In this document: positions 17,250 to 28,057 of the stretch, piece by piece
Position numbering within the stretch: the stretch's first letter is position 1
Layout: every line of letters begins with the position of its first letter
Assembly: GCA_021817065.1 (NCBI GenBank)
Contig: JAKAWH010000005.1
Location: 1 to 60,811 of the forward strand
DNA length: 60,811 bases
From: Actinomycetes bacterium
GTDB taxonomy: Bacteria; Actinomycetota; Acidimicrobiia; Acidimicrobiales; JAKAVM01
Direction: 5' to 3'
Translations under genes and position numbers: made by a program
The notes under the pieces: model-generated
Told to the model about the DNA's origin: nothing
Seen by the model: the letters and a program-made list of their open reading frames with translations, nothing else
Database searches by the model: none

Positions 17250-17933
17250 TCAGGAAGTGGGACCGGACACCGGATCGGGCGATGGGACACCGCCACCCGG
17301 GTCCTCGCCGGAACGGCGCCGCCGCCGGTGGAGCACCACCAGGGCCACGACCAGGAGTACCACGACGATCAGGGCATACACCACGAAGCGGGAGAACCAG
17401 TGGTAGATCGCCTGGATATGGTCGCCAGCGGTGTAACCGACCGTCACCCAGCAGCCCACCCACATCACCGCGCCCAGTGCGTTGAAGGCGAGAAAAGTCA
17501 ACCAGGGCATTTCGGTGATCCCCGCCACGATCCCGTTGGCCTGCCGCAACCCGTCGATGAACCGGGCTATCACAACTATCTTCCCGCCCTGCCGGGCGAA
17601 GAAGGCCTCCGCCTTGCTCACCCGCTCCTCGGTGAGCAGAACGTAGCGGCCCCAGCGGACCACCGCCTCGTGACCGGCGAACCGGCCGATGGCGTAGCCG
17701 ACGTTGTCGCCGACGATGCAGGCCACAAGCCCCAGGAACCCCACCAGCAACACGTTCAGCTTGCCCGCCCCCGCATACACCGCAGCGGCAATGAGGATAG
17801 TCTCGCCGGGGACGAAGGGGGTGCCGAAGTCCTCCATGAAGAGGAATCCCGCCACCGCCAGATAACCGTAGCGGTCCAGGGTCGGAGCCAGTGAATGAAA
17901 GATTCCGGGCAATTGCGGTGAAGGGAGCCCCAC
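17250..17933 (-). CDS. DedA family membrane protein
   Basis: YGYLAV, PGETILIAA, GDNVGYAIGR, IARFIDGLRQ, FLAFNALGA; probable GTG start at 17933. Confidence 0.92.
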   Translation of the reverse strand: MGLPSPQLPGIFHSLAPTLDRYGYLAVAGFLFMEDFGTPFVPGETILIAAAVYAGAGKLNVLLVGFLGLVACIVGDNVGYAIGRFAGHEAVVRWGRYVLLTEERVSKAEAFFARQGGKIVVIARFIDGLRQANGIVAGITEMPWLTFLAFNALGAVMWVGCWVTVGYTAGDHIQAIYHWFSRFVVYALIVVVLLVVALVVLHRRRRRSGEDPGGGVPSPDPVSGPTS

Positions 17934-18044
17934 TGACCGGCCATGGTACTGGCTCCCTGGCCGACCGGTGCGGATCAGCAAGGACGGAGGTTGCCCGGAG
18001 CGCGTGATCGTGATGGGAAAAGGGGCCCAGTACAGGGAGGGTGA

Positions 18045-19292
18045 TTACACGAGCGCCCGTAGCTTCTTCCGCACAAGGTCCAGCGCGGAGATGGTGGCCA
18101 GCTCCCGGACCGTCTGGCGCTCCCCCGGCAATCGGATGGTGATCGCGCTCGGCTCCTCCGCTCCGATGCCGGCCACCCCGATGATCACCGTCCCCGTATC
18201 CACCCCTTCGGCCGTATCGGGACCGGCCACCCCGGTCAGCGAGAGCCCGACCTCCGCGTGAAGGACCCGCCGGGCCCCGTCCGCCATCGCTCGCGCTGCA
18301 TCCTCGGTGACCACCGGCCCCTGGGGGACGCCCAGCACCGAGAACTTGACCGCCTCGTCGTAGGCCACCACCGAGCCGCGGAACCACTCACTCGCCCCCG
18401 GCACCCCGACCAATCGTGCCGCGACCAGACCTCCTGTGACCGACTCGGCCAATCCCATGGTGAGCCCTTTTTCACGGAGAAGATGGGCCACCGCATTCTC
18501 CATCGCCTCGTCGTCCACCCCGAAGACGAGCGTACCCAGAATCGCACGCAACCTCTCCTCTTCGACGTCGAGGAGCGCGCCGGCCCGCGCCTCGTCGTCT
18601 CCTCGGATGGTGATCCTCACTTTGATCCCCTCGAAGCCACTCGCCAGAAAAGCAATGGTCGCTCCCTCCGGCTCGGCATCCAGCTCGGCCAACCGGGGAG
18701 CCACCATCTCAGCGAGCCGCGCCTCGGACACCCCCCACGTCCGCAGGACCCGGCTGGCGATCGTTCCGGTGCTACCCGCGCGGCGAACAAGATCAGCCAT
18801 TACCACTCGCTCGACCATCTCCTTCATCTCCGCCGGGACGCCCGGCACCGCATACATCACCTTGCCGCCCACCGGGCATACCAGACCGGGGGCAGTCCCG
18901 GTGGTGGGGGGAATTGACCGAGCACCGTGCGGGACGTCCGCTTGGCGAAGATTGCTTTCGGGCATCGTGCGTCCCAGGGCGACGAATCTGTTGCCAAGCG
19001 CTCTGGCGAATTCCTCGTCTCGGATCAAGGGGGAACCCATCACCCGTCCGAGCGCTTCACGGGTGACGTCGTCCTGGGTTGGCCCCAGCCCGCCGCACAG
19101 TATCACTGCTTCGGAACGGGCGAGCGCTGCGCGGCATGCCGCAGCAATCCGCTCGATGTTGTCGCCCACCCGGGTCTGGAAAAAGCAATCCAGACCATGA
19201 GCCGCCAACCGTTCGGCGATCCACGCCGAATTGGTGTCGACGATCTGCCCGAGCAGGAGCTCGGTGCCCACCGATACGATCTCGACTCTCAC
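18045..19292 (-). CDS. cinA: competence/damage-inducible protein CinA (molybdopterin-binding plus NMN deamidase domains)
   Basis: VGTELLLGQIVDTN, GGLGPTQDD, PGVPAEM, AESVTGG, TGVAGP. Confidence 0.95.
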   Translation of the reverse strand: MRVEIVSVGTELLLGQIVDTNSAWIAERLAAHGLDCFFQTRVGDNIERIAAACRAALARSEAVILCGGLGPTQDDVTREALGRVMGSPLIRDEEFARALGNRFVALGRTMPESNLRQADVPHGARSIPPTTGTAPGLVCPVGGKVMYAVPGVPAEMKEMVERVVMADLVRRAGSTGTIASRVLRTWGVSEARLAEMVAPRLAELDAEPEGATIAFLASGFEGIKVRITIRGDDEARAGALLDVEEERLRAILGTLVFGVDDEAMENAVAHLLREKGLTMGLAESVTGGLVAARLVGVPGASEWFRGSVVAYDEAVKFSVLGVPQGPVVTEDAARAMADGARRVLHAEVGLSLTGVAGPDTAEGVDTGTVIIGVAGIGAEEPSAITIRLPGERQTVRELATISALDLVRKKLRALV

Positions 19293-19371
19293 AGCGCCTG
19301 CCGGCCGATTGCCGCCGCCCCACAGTCGCCCGCGAGAGGGAATCGCCTGGTTCCTCTTACGCCCCTTGCGC

Positions 19372-19989
19372 TCATGCGGCTCGCCGCGACCCGCCCCCGC
19401 CCTCGAGTGCAACTGCCCCTCCCCGGCTACCACGGGCAGCCCGGCCGAGCACCCAGGCGTAGTGGATGCCGGTACCCACCGTCAGGGCCGCGGCGACCCA
19501 GACCGCGACGGTCACCACCCATCGATGGTGATTGGCGATCGGGGCGATCAGGGCCAAGGTGATCGCAATGTCCTGGACTAAGGTCTTCACCTTGGCAGGC
19601 TTTGAGGCGGGCACCGACACTCCCCTCCGACCGACCCAGGATCGGTACCCACTGATGATTACCTCTCGCACCGCGATTAACACGATCGGGAGCCAGGGCA
19701 TCCCACCGATGCCCGCAATGGTCGCCAGCGCCCCCAATACCAGGAACTTGTCCGCCAAGGGATCAAGAAAAGCGCCCGAACGGGTCGTTCCCTGCCTTCG
19801 CGCCACCCACCCGTCGACCCAGTCGGTCGAGGCCAGGACGATCCACACTGCGAGGGTGAGTGCGGATGCTCCTCGTATCACGATGAGGGCGATCACAAGG
19901 GGCGTGGCGGCGATGCGCGCCGCGCTGAGAGCGTTGGCCGGCGTCGCCAGCGCGCTGGGGCCGAAGGAGGGCGTCCGGCTATCGGTCAC
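19372..19989 (-). CDS. pgsA: CDP-diacylglycerol--glycerol-3-phosphate 3-phosphatidyltransferase
   Basis: [10 protein letters not shown] and the CDP-alcohol phosphotransferase motif [10 protein letters not shown]...[10 protein letters not shown]; GTGA overlap with queF. Confidence 0.93.
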   Translation of the reverse strand: MTDSRTPSFGPSALATPANALSAARIAATPLVIALIVIRGASALTLAVWIVLASTDWVDGWVARRQGTTRSGAFLDPLADKFLVLGALATIAGIGGMPWLPIVLIAVREVIISGYRSWVGRRGVSVPASKPAKVKTLVQDIAITLALIAPIANHHRWVVTVAVWVAAALTVGTGIHYAWVLGRAARGSRGGAVALEGGGGSRRAA

Positions 19990-20336
19990 GGGTGACTCGC
20001 GGTTACCGTGGTGTGGATGCCCCCCCGCACGTTCCACTCTGTGGTGACCGACATGTGTCGGGGCCCGATGGCGCTCACAAGATCGTCCAGTATTCGGTTG
20101 GTGACGTCTTCGTGGAAGGCACCTTCGTCCCGGTAGCTCCACAGGTACTGCTTGAGGGACTTCAGCTCGACGATTGAATCGCCCGGAACGTAAGTGATGG
20201 TCACGGTCGCGAAGTCCGGCTGCCCGGTCATGGGACACACGCAAGTCAGCTCGGGCGTCTCGCAACGGACCTCATAATCGCGTGCCGGGTGCGGATTGGG
20301 CACAGCTACGATTTCCCGGGAGGGAGCGCTGGGCAT
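19986..20336 (-). CDS. queF: NADPH-dependent preQ0 reductase (type I QueF)
   Basis: [15 protein letters not shown] (catalytic Cys), QueF motif [17 protein letters not shown]. Confidence 0.93.
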   Translation of the reverse strand: MPSAPSREIVAVPNPHPARDYEVRCETPELTCVCPMTGQPDFATVTITYVPGDSIVELKSLKQYLWSYRDEGAFHEDVTNRILDDLVSAIGPRHMSVTTEWNVRGGIHTTVTASHP

Positions 20337-20346
20337 ACGCCCTAGG

Positions 20347-21201
20347 TTACCGCTGGAGTTGGGTGAGCCCGCAGGTGTCGGCTTCTAGAACCAGCACGCG
20401 CCCGGCCAGTCCGAGCTCACCCATCGTCCGGGATAGCGCTGCGGCAACCGCGGCCGACCTGCCCGCGTCGCACATCCCGATCATGCTCGGGCCAGCGCCG
20501 GACCATGCCGAAGCGAGCGCTCCCGCCTCGACCAGTGCAGAGAGCAGCTCCACCGATTCCGGGAAAAGGGGGGTTCGCGATCCCTGGTGGAGGCGGTCGG
20601 AGGCAGCCTCCGCGATGAGTTGGGACCGGTCGGCCATTCCGGCGATCATCAGCCCCATTCGACCCAGGTTGGCAGCGGCATCGGCAAGCGGGACCGTCCG
20701 GGGCAGAGCGGCCCGCGCTTCGGCAGTCGGAAGGGGTCGGTCGGGCACCACCACCACGAACGAGAGTCCCGGATCCAGTGACAGTTTCCTTGCCACGGGA
20801 CGCCCATCCACCATGCAGGCGGCAACCAGGCCGCCCAACACCGATGCCGCTGCATTCTCCGGATGCCCGTCCACCCGTGCAGCCACCCCCAGGGGATCGT
20901 CGCTGCCTGCAGCCGCGGCAGCCGCCACGGCGAGCGCCGCGGACGAGCCGAGCCCGCGCCCGACAGGAATCTGCGAGTCCACTCGAACGGCAAAACGATC
21001 GTGCCCGGCGACTTCTCGGATCACCCGGACCGCCAAGTGGTCCGAAGGGTCAGAGGCTAGTTCTGCCCCCTCACCGGTGGCAGTGAGGGCGAGCGCACCG
21101 GCCGGGACGGCTTCCACCTCTACGTAGAGCCCGACCGCGATAGCCAGAGCATCGAATCCCGGCCCCAGGTTGGCCGACGAGGCGGGTGCCCGAAAAGCCA
21201 C
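20347..21201 (-). CDS. thrB: homoserine kinase
   Basis: [16 protein letters not shown] motif [23 protein letters not shown]. Confidence 0.95.
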   Translation of the reverse strand: MAFRAPASSANLGPGFDALAIAVGLYVEVEAVPAGALALTATGEGAELASDPSDHLAVRVIREVAGHDRFAVRVDSQIPVGRGLGSSAALAVAAAAAAGSDDPLGVAARVDGHPENAAASVLGGLVAACMVDGRPVARKLSLDPGLSFVVVVPDRPLPTAEARAALPRTVPLADAAANLGRMGLMIAGMADRSQLIAEAASDRLHQGSRTPLFPESVELLSALVEAGALASAWSGAGPSMIGMCDAGRSAAVAAALSRTMGELGLAGRVLVLEADTCGLTQLQR

Positions 21202-21209
21202 CGTGCCAG

Positions 21210-24149
21210 TCAGCGGTCCGAGCGCTGAAGCGTGTCGTCCAGCTCCTCGGGGGTCATCAACACCGCCCGTGCCTTGGAACCCTCCGATGGACCGACGACT
21301 CCCCTGCGCTCGAGGAGATCCATCAGCCGGCCGGCCCGGGCAAATCCCACCCGGAGCTTGCGCTGGAGCATTGAGGTGGACCCGAGCTGGGAACGCACCA
21401 CCAACTCCATCGCCGCCATCAGCATCTCGTCATCGTTCCCGTCCTCTACCCGTCCTCCCCCCGCTCCTGACCCATCACCCTCCACTCCTTCGACGTAACG
21501 ACTACCCCCCTGACGCCGCCAGTGGGCGACCACCTTGCGCACTTCGTGCTCGCTCACCCACGGCCCCTGGACCCGGACCGGGATGGAGGAAGATGCAGTG
21601 AGCATAAGCATGTCTCCTCGGCCAACCAGGCGTTCGGCACCCGGCTGGTCGAGGATCACCCGGCTGTCCGCCAGCGACGACACCGAAAAGGCCAGCCGTG
21701 AAGGGATGTTCGCCTTGATCACTCCAGTTATCACGTCGACTGAAGGGCGCTGGGTGGCGATCACCAGGTGGATGCCCACCGCCCGCGCCATCTGGGCGAT
21801 CCGGCAGATTGACTCCTCCACATCCCGGGCAGCCACCATCATGAGATCATTCAGCTCGTCGACGACGATGACGACGAAGGGGAGGTTCTCATACGCGCGA
21901 CCTGGGGTCGAGGCCTCATCTTCCTCCGGCGCGCCGGTGGTTTGCTCGCCCGCTTCACCATCTGAAGGGAGTGCGCGCGAGGTACAGTCCTCCGACTCGC
22001 CCTCCTCCGGCAGTGAGCCGACATCGACCGCGCTAAGGCCCTCCGCTTCGTTTCCGGTACTGCTGCGGCCATCATCGCCGGCGCCACCATCCTCGTGGAA
22101 CTCCTCGTTGACCGCGGCCGAAGCGATGAGCTGGTTGTATCCGGTTATATCGCGCACCCCCACCTCGGCCAAGAGGTCGTAGCGGCGTTCCATCTCCTTG
22201 ACCGCCCAGGAAAGGGCATTGGCGGCCTTGCGCGGGTCAACCACCACCTGGGTGAGCAAGTGGGGTAACCCGTTGTACTGCCCCAGTTCCACTCGCTTGG
22301 GGTCGACCAGGATGAGTCGCACTTGTTCGGGAGTCGACCGCACCAAGAGAGAAGTGACCAAGGAGTTGATGCACGACGACTTGCCTGCACCGGTAGCGCC
22401 GGCGATGAGGACGTGGGGCATTTCGGCGAGGTTCACCATCATCGGCTTGCCCGAGATATCGCGCCCCAGCGCGATGCTCAATGGGTGAATAGCCTGACGA
22501 GCCTCCGTCGACGACAGTATGTCTCCCAGTGACACGAGCTGTCGGTGGTGGTTGGGGACCTCGACGCCGATGGCCGAGCGGCCCGGGATGGGAGCAAGAA
22601 TCCTGACATCAGGGGACGCCATCGCGTAGGCGATGTCTTTCGCGAGATTGGTCACCTGAGCGACCTTCACCCCCGCTCCGATCTCCACCTCGTATCGGGT
22701 CACCGTCGGACCGACGGTATACCCGGTCACCCGGGTCTCGACTCCATGAGCGGCCAGAGCTTCCTGGAGGACCCTCGCCCCGGTCGCCGCCTGGGACTGG
22801 TCCACCCGTTGGTTGCCCGTTCGATCGAGAAGCTTCATTGGCGGCAACTTCCAGGGGGTGCCCGTCGGACCGAGGCCCATGTCGAGCTGGACCGGTGTGC
22901 TCTCGGACAGGGTGCGGTCAACCTCACCGGGGCGAAGCGCCGGCACCGTGGCGATCTCCTCCCACTCGTCCGCCTTCGGCGAAGGCTCGAGGCAGGTCGC
23001 GCCCTCTCCTGCGTCCCGAGTCGCCTCCGGCGACCAATCGTCCGGCATCGCTGACGTCCCGATGCCAGGCGCTAGCGCGGCAGAGCCCGGCAACCCTTCA
23101 CCGCCTAGCTGGCTCAAGTCGTCTTCGGCATCGTAAATGACCGAGGCTCCGAGCGTCGGCGTTCGCGGTTCCACGATACGTTCCGCTCCCGGAGCGATGG
23201 ATTCCCACCAATGCGGGGCGCGGATGCGACGGGCAATCCACCGGGCGAGCGTGAGAATTCCCGAGGCTGCCTCTGCGACCGAAAGCCTACCTGCCACCAT
23301 GATCCCGCCGAGACAGAGCGCGAGGAGTATCACTGCTGCTCCCGCTGTTCCCGCCAGCATATGGAGGCTCCCCCCGACTGCGACGCCGACATAGCCCCCC
23401 GCTGCCCGGAGGGAGCGATGGCTCGCCGTCCACGCGGGTGAGCCTGCCACCACCTCCAGCAATCCGCACATCCCGCCGCCCGCGATCGACAGCCCGCCCA
23501 GCGCTCCCACCGGAGCAGGCCACCGCCGGTCGACCAGCCGGTGAACCTGGTGTCGGGTGCCCGTCGCATCAGGGTTGGTGGCGTCGCTTCCTGCAGCCAA
23601 CCAGTCCGGATCTGTCCCGCGCCGCTTGCACGAGAGTCCGATCGCCACTAGGAGCGCTCCTGCACAGAGCAACCCGACAGGGAGGGCGAACCTCCCGACA
23701 CCGAACGCCAATCCGGTCCCCATCATGACGAACCGGCCCATCGGCCCGGAAGCGTTCCCGTATATCCCCAAACCGGCCAGGAGACCGGCGAGGAGAGCGA
23801 ACATGCCCCACGCCTCGTACCCGCGGGCAGAAGTAGCCCCGGCGTCCCGACCGCCGCCCGATGCCTGGTTGAGGAGAACTGCGGGGTCTCGCCCGGTTCG
23901 ACCCGAGCCCTTCGGGTGGGAGGTGCCGGGCGACGAGCGCCGCTCGCGCACGGCCGCCGATTGCGATCGCGATGGAGTTCCTCTCTGGGAGGAGGCGCGC
24001 GGCTTCACCGCTTTGCCGGAGCGCGCGCTCCCCACCCGGCCACTGTGCGCCGGCTCACGGTGTGCGCGCTGCCCCTTCCCGGTCCGGGAAGTCGATGCCA
24101 CAACACCAACAAAAGTAACACCGCCGATTTCACAAACTGCGGACCCCAC
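21210..24149 (-). CDS. ftsK: DNA translocase FtsK
   Basis: N-terminal TM segments, GPTVTRYE, PHVLIAGATGAGKS, VVDELNDLMM, ATQRPSVDVITG, gamma domain QRKLRVGFARAGRLMD; start uncertain. Confidence 0.96.
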   Translation of the reverse strand: MGSAVCEIGGVTFVGVVASTSRTGKGQRAHREPAHSGRVGSARSGKAVKPRASSQRGTPSRSQSAAVRERRSSPGTSHPKGSGRTGRDPAVLLNQASGGGRDAGATSARGYEAWGMFALLAGLLAGLGIYGNASGPMGRFVMMGTGLAFGVGRFALPVGLLCAGALLVAIGLSCKRRGTDPDWLAAGSDATNPDATGTRHQVHRLVDRRWPAPVGALGGLSIAGGGMCGLLEVVAGSPAWTASHRSLRAAGGYVGVAVGGSLHMLAGTAGAAVILLALCLGGIMVAGRLSVAEAASGILTLARWIARRIRAPHWWESIAPGAERIVEPRTPTLGASVIYDAEDDLSQLGGEGLPGSAALAPGIGTSAMPDDWSPEATRDAGEGATCLEPSPKADEWEEIATVPALRPGEVDRTLSESTPVQLDMGLGPTGTPWKLPPMKLLDRTGNQRVDQSQAATGARVLQEALAAHGVETRVTGYTVGPTVTRYEVEIGAGVKVAQVTNLAKDIAYAMASPDVRILAPIPGRSAIGVEVPNHHRQLVSLGDILSSTEARQAIHPLSIALGRDISGKPMMVNLAEMPHVLIAGATGAGKSSCINSLVTSLLVRSTPEQVRLILVDPKRVELGQYNGLPHLLTQVVVDPRKAANALSWAVKEMERRYDLLAEVGVRDITGYNQLIASAAVNEEFHEDGGAGDDGRSSTGNEAEGLSAVDVGSLPEEGESEDCTSRALPSDGEAGEQTTGAPEEDEASTPGRAYENLPFVVIVVDELNDLMMVAARDVEESICRIAQMARAVGIHLVIATQRPSVDVITGVIKANIPSRLAFSVSSLADSRVILDQPGAERLVGRGDMLMLTASSSIPVRVQGPWVSEHEVRKVVAHWRRQGGSRYVEGVEGDGSGAGGGRVEDGNDDEMLMAAMELVVRSQLGSTSMLQRKLRVGFARAGRLMDLLERRGVVGPSEGSKARAVLMTPEELDDTLQRSDR

Positions 24150-24248
24150 GCTGTTCCCCGCTATCGAGCCCCGCTCGGCCCGCTCGGCCGGGCCGCCCGG
24201 GACCCGGATCCGCCCTTCTCGCCCCTGCCAGCAGCTTGGCGAAACCTC

Positions 24249-25910
24249 CTAGATCTCCATCACCACCGGAACGATCATCGGTTTGCGACGCGTCCTCTTG
24301 GAAACGATCGATCCCATTGTCGCTCGCAGGTGCCGTCGAAGCACCTCGTAGTCGGTGTACCCAGCAGTAGCTGCGCTGCAAATGCTGGCCAGAAGCGCTT
24401 CGCGGGCGTCATCGAGCAGTCCTTCGGCCTCCGGGGCATGCACCCAGCCCTTGGTTATGATCTCCGGACCGGTCACCACCTCTCCCGTCTTCGCTTCGAT
24501 CCCCACGATCACAACAATCACACCCTCGGCGGCAAGCATTCGCCGATCGCGCAATACGGGATGTGCCACGTCCCCGACGATGCCGTCCACGTAAAGGAAA
24601 TTTGCCGGAATCTCACCGACCAGCGACAATCCCTCGTCGGTGAGCTCCACCACGTCTCCGTCCTCGCACACCACCACGGAGTCATGGCGCATTCCCATTG
24701 ACTCGGCGAGACGAGCGTGATTGACCAAGTGGCGATACTCGCCGTGTATCGGAATGAAGAACTCCGGCCGTGACACCGCCAGCATGGTCTCCAGCTCCCC
24801 TTGCATCGCATGACCACTCACGTGAACTCCTGCCTCAGTGGAATGGACCACCTCGGCACCGGCACGGTACAGCCGATCGATCACCTGATTGACATTGAAC
24901 TCATTGCCCGGGATGGGATGGGAACTGAGGATGACCAGGTCCCCCGGGCTCACTTTGACCCACTTGTGCTCTCCCGCCGCCATCAATGCGAGCGCCGACA
25001 TCGGCTCACCTTGGGAGCCGGTCGAGATGATGCACACCTTGCCCGGATCGATGTCACCGACCTTCTCGATATCGACAAATGCCGCGTCGGGGACATTCAA
25101 AGAACCGAGCTTCTGCGCGAGAGCAATGTTCTGGTTCATGGAGCGACCTACCACTGCCACCACCCGACCCGAGTCCAGGGCAGCGCGCACCACCTGCTGG
25201 ATCCGGTGAAGATGGGATGCGAAGCATGTCACCACGATTCGGTGCCCGCGATGTCGAAGGAAAAGCGAGTTCAGGGCTCCCCCCACGGTCGACTCACTCG
25301 GGGTGTAACCCGGATCCTCTGCATTGGTCGAATCCGAGAGAAGGAGCCGGATGCCCTCCTCCTGGGATATCTGCCCGATCCGAGCCAGGTTGGTACGCCT
25401 CCCGTCCACCGGTGTGAGGTCGAGCTTGAAGTCACCGGTGTGCAAAATGGTTCCCTGCGGCGTCCTGAACGCGAGTGCGAAACCATGGGGAACCGAATGG
25501 GTCACCGGGATGAACTCGACGTCGAAAGGCCCGATTTCGCGCCGTTCGTTGTCCCCAACCTCTACGAAGCGGGTGCGCCGCTCCACACCGAACTCTTCGA
25601 TCCTGTTTGACGCCAACCCGAGCGAGAGCGCCGAACCGTAGATGGGAAACGGAATTTCTTGGAGGAGGAAGGCGAGCCCCCCCATGTGGTCCTCGTGACC
25701 GTGGGTGAGAACGACACCCTCCACCCGGTCCGCGTTCTCGATCAGGTAGGTGAAATCCGGCAGAACCAGGTCGATTCCCGGCATATTTGCGTCGGGGAAC
25801 ATGAGACCTACGTCGACCAGGAGGATGCGATCATCCACCTCCAGGCAAGCGCAATTGCGCCCGATCTCCCCGAGCCCCCCGAGGAATGCGAGCCGGATAG
25901 CTGCGCTCAC
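24249..25910 (-). CDS. rnj: ribonuclease J
   Basis: LGGLGEIGRN, THGHEDH, HTGDFK, DSTNA, TGSQGEP, HVSGH, PIHGEYRH; GTGA overlap with dapA. Confidence 0.96.
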   Translation of the reverse strand: MSAAIRLAFLGGLGEIGRNCACLEVDDRILLVDVGLMFPDANMPGIDLVLPDFTYLIENADRVEGVVLTHGHEDHMGGLAFLLQEIPFPIYGSALSLGLASNRIEEFGVERRTRFVEVGDNERREIGPFDVEFIPVTHSVPHGFALAFRTPQGTILHTGDFKLDLTPVDGRRTNLARIGQISQEEGIRLLLSDSTNAEDPGYTPSESTVGGALNSLFLRHRGHRIVVTCFASHLHRIQQVVRAALDSGRVVAVVGRSMNQNIALAQKLGSLNVPDAAFVDIEKVGDIDPGKVCIISTGSQGEPMSALALMAAGEHKWVKVSPGDLVILSSHPIPGNEFNVNQVIDRLYRAGAEVVHSTEAGVHVSGHAMQGELETMLAVSRPEFFIPIHGEYRHLVNHARLAESMGMRHDSVVVCEDGDVVELTDEGLSLVGEIPANFLYVDGIVGDVAHPVLRDRRMLAAEGVIVVIVGIEAKTGEVVTGPEIITKGWVHAPEAEGLLDDAREALLASICSAATAGYTDYEVLRRHLRATMGSIVSKRTRRKPMIVPVVMEI

Positions 25911-26827
25911 GACGGAGAGACCCCGGAGTCCGGTAGCCGTCCGAGGCCCGCGAGCACCTCGCACGCAAGCCCGTCCAATCCGGCCGGTGGCTCTCCGAGT
26001 GGGAGCCTGCACGGACCCGCGGGTTGACCGAGGACCCGCATCATCGTCTTGGCTGGCACCGGGTTGGGAGCCTCCTCGCCAGTCTCGAACTCCCACGATG
26101 GAATCAATGTGGCGTTGGCCTGCGCTGCTGCACGAACGTCTCCCTTGATAAAACTGGCGATCATCTCACCGATTTCAACGCCTGCCCAGTGGGATGCCAC
26201 GGAAATGAGGCCCACCGCCCCAACCGAAAGCATCGGCAGGGTCAGGACGTCGTCACCGCAGTAGACCTCGAACCCCTCCGGACATCGCGCCACCGCAAGG
26301 GCTGTCGCGGCGACATCCCCTCCGGCGTCCTTGACGCCGATGATGTTGGGGAACTCCGACGCCAGCCGAACCAGGGATGCAACGGCGATCTTCCTCCCGG
26401 AACGGACCGGGATGTCGTAGAGAAGGATGGGCAATCGAGTTGCCGCCGCTACCGCTGAGAAGTGGGAGACAAGGCCGGCCTGGGACGGCCTCACGTAGTA
26501 GGGAGTCACCACCAAGAGCCCATCGACTCCGCATTCTTCGGCGATCCTGCCTTGCTCGATGGTGTGGTCGGTGGCAGCACTCCCGGTTGCGGCGATGACC
26601 GGTATGGTGACGGCACCAGCGACTGCACTCCACAGATCGCGCTTCTCGCCGTCCGACAGAAGCGACCCTTCGCCCGTGGAGCCAGCCACGACCAGCCCAT
26701 CGCTACCGTTGTCGGCGAGCCAACGGGCCAACTGTGCCGCTCCGTCCACGTCCAGAGAGCCGTCATCCCCGAACGGGGTGACCATCGCAGTGATCACCGC
26801 ACCGAAACGCCCAGGTGCCCGCGTCAT
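25907..26827 (-). CDS. dapA: 4-hydroxy-tetrahydrodipicolinate synthase
   Basis: TAMVTPF, GSTGE, VTPYY, LYDIPVR, GVKDA. TAGGGT lies 7 nt before ATG 26827, so the gene is probably leaderless. Confidence 0.96.
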   Translation of the reverse strand: MTRAPGRFGAVITAMVTPFGDDGSLDVDGAAQLARWLADNGSDGLVVAGSTGEGSLLSDGEKRDLWSAVAGAVTIPVIAATGSAATDHTIEQGRIAEECGVDGLLVVTPYYVRPSQAGLVSHFSAVAAATRLPILLYDIPVRSGRKIAVASLVRLASEFPNIIGVKDAGGDVAATALAVARCPEGFEVYCGDDVLTLPMLSVGAVGLISVASHWAGVEIGEMIASFIKGDVRAAAQANATLIPSWEFETGEEAPNPVPAKTMMRVLGQPAGPCRLPLGEPPAGLDGLACEVLAGLGRLPDSGVSPS

Positions 26828-26923
26828 CCCCCACACCCTACCAGGGCCCAGGATGGGAGATCCGAGCCGAGATCAGGCGTCAGCCCGGGCAGGCCCCCAT
26901 TTCGGTCGACCACGGAGCCTCTG

Positions 26924-28057
26924 TTACGCGGCGGCTCCGGTCGACTCCTGGTCGATGGAGAGGCTCTGGTACTCCTCTCCGGTGTCGGTCCAGTTCTCGA
27001 ACCCGATCACTCCCAATTCGGTGAACTTCTGACGGAGCCATCCGTCGGACGTGTCGAGCAGGCCAAGTTTCTTGACGTTAGGCACGATCTTGGAAAAGAG
27101 CATCGCCTGGAAGACAGGGCGCTCGGGAGACTGGAGAACCAGCGGCAGCACTTCTTTCGGCTTGATTCCCATCCTCTCCCACACCTCCTGCTGGAGGAAA
27201 CGATCTCGCATCCGGACAGCCGCCTCGAAAGTGAACTCCTGGCGTTCCTTGAGCTCGGCGGCACTGAGTCCGCGGTAATACTCCTGCAAGCTCAGCACGC
27301 CAAAGGCTACGTGACGGGCCTCGTCGGACATAACGTAGCGAAGTAGCTTCTTCAGCAATGGTTCGGTCGTCATCTGGTGCATGAACCCGAATGCCGCCAA
27401 AGCAAGTCCCTCGACCATTATCTGCATTCCCAGATAGGTCATGTCCCACCTACTGTCGCGGATGATGTCATCCAGAAGTAGTTCCAGGTGGGCCGAGATC
27501 GGGTAATGCCCAGATAGCTTGTCGTCGAGGTACCTGGAAAAAACCTCGACGTGGCGTGCCTCGTCCATCACTTGCGTCGCCGCGTAATACTTGGCATCGA
27601 TCCAGGGAACCGATTCGACGATCTTGGCGGTGCAAACCAATGCCCCCTGCTCGCCGTGCATGAACTGAGACAGAGTCCAATTCTGCATTTCGATCCCCAA
27701 TTGGACCCACTCCTTGTCGGTCCACTTCTCGAATGGAGTCCCGGTGACATCCATGCCCGCATTGAAGCCGCCTTGGGCGAGCGCATTGTTGACTACCAGC
27801 TTCTCCTGGTCCACCTCGACGTCCCAGGGCATATCGGTCTGAGCGTTCCACTGGGATCGCTTCGCCTTCTCGTAGAGCTTGTCCAATTTGGGGCGACTGC
27901 CTTTGGAATAATCCCACGTGAAGATTGTCTGATAGTTCGACTGGACAGCATGCAGAACCTCGTCCCGCTCGGAATTGGTGACGGAGAGAATCGCCTCCAG
28001 GTCGTCGAGCTCACTTCGTCCGATCAGATCGTCATAGTTGGTTGTCGTGTCAGCCAT
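26924..28057 (-). CDS. ferritin-like diiron protein (AurF/diiron-oxygenase-like)
   Basis: Diiron ligand pattern HGEQGAL ... DEARH ... VEGLA ... DEARH; ATG 28057 overlaps the upstream TetR stop. Confidence 0.85.
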   Translation of the reverse strand: MADTTTNYDDLIGRSELDDLEAILSVTNSERDEVLHAVQSNYQTIFTWDYSKGSRPKLDKLYEKAKRSQWNAQTDMPWDVEVDQEKLVVNNALAQGGFNAGMDVTGTPFEKWTDKEWVQLGIEMQNWTLSQFMHGEQGALVCTAKIVESVPWIDAKYYAATQVMDEARHVEVFSRYLDDKLSGHYPISAHLELLLDDIIRDSRWDMTYLGMQIMVEGLALAAFGFMHQMTTEPLLKKLLRYVMSDEARHVAFGVLSLQEYYRGLSAAELKERQEFTFEAAVRMRDRFLQQEVWERMGIKPKEVLPLVLQSPERPVFQAMLFSKIVPNVKKLGLLDTSDGWLRQKFTELGVIGFENWTDTGEEYQSLSIDQESTGAAA

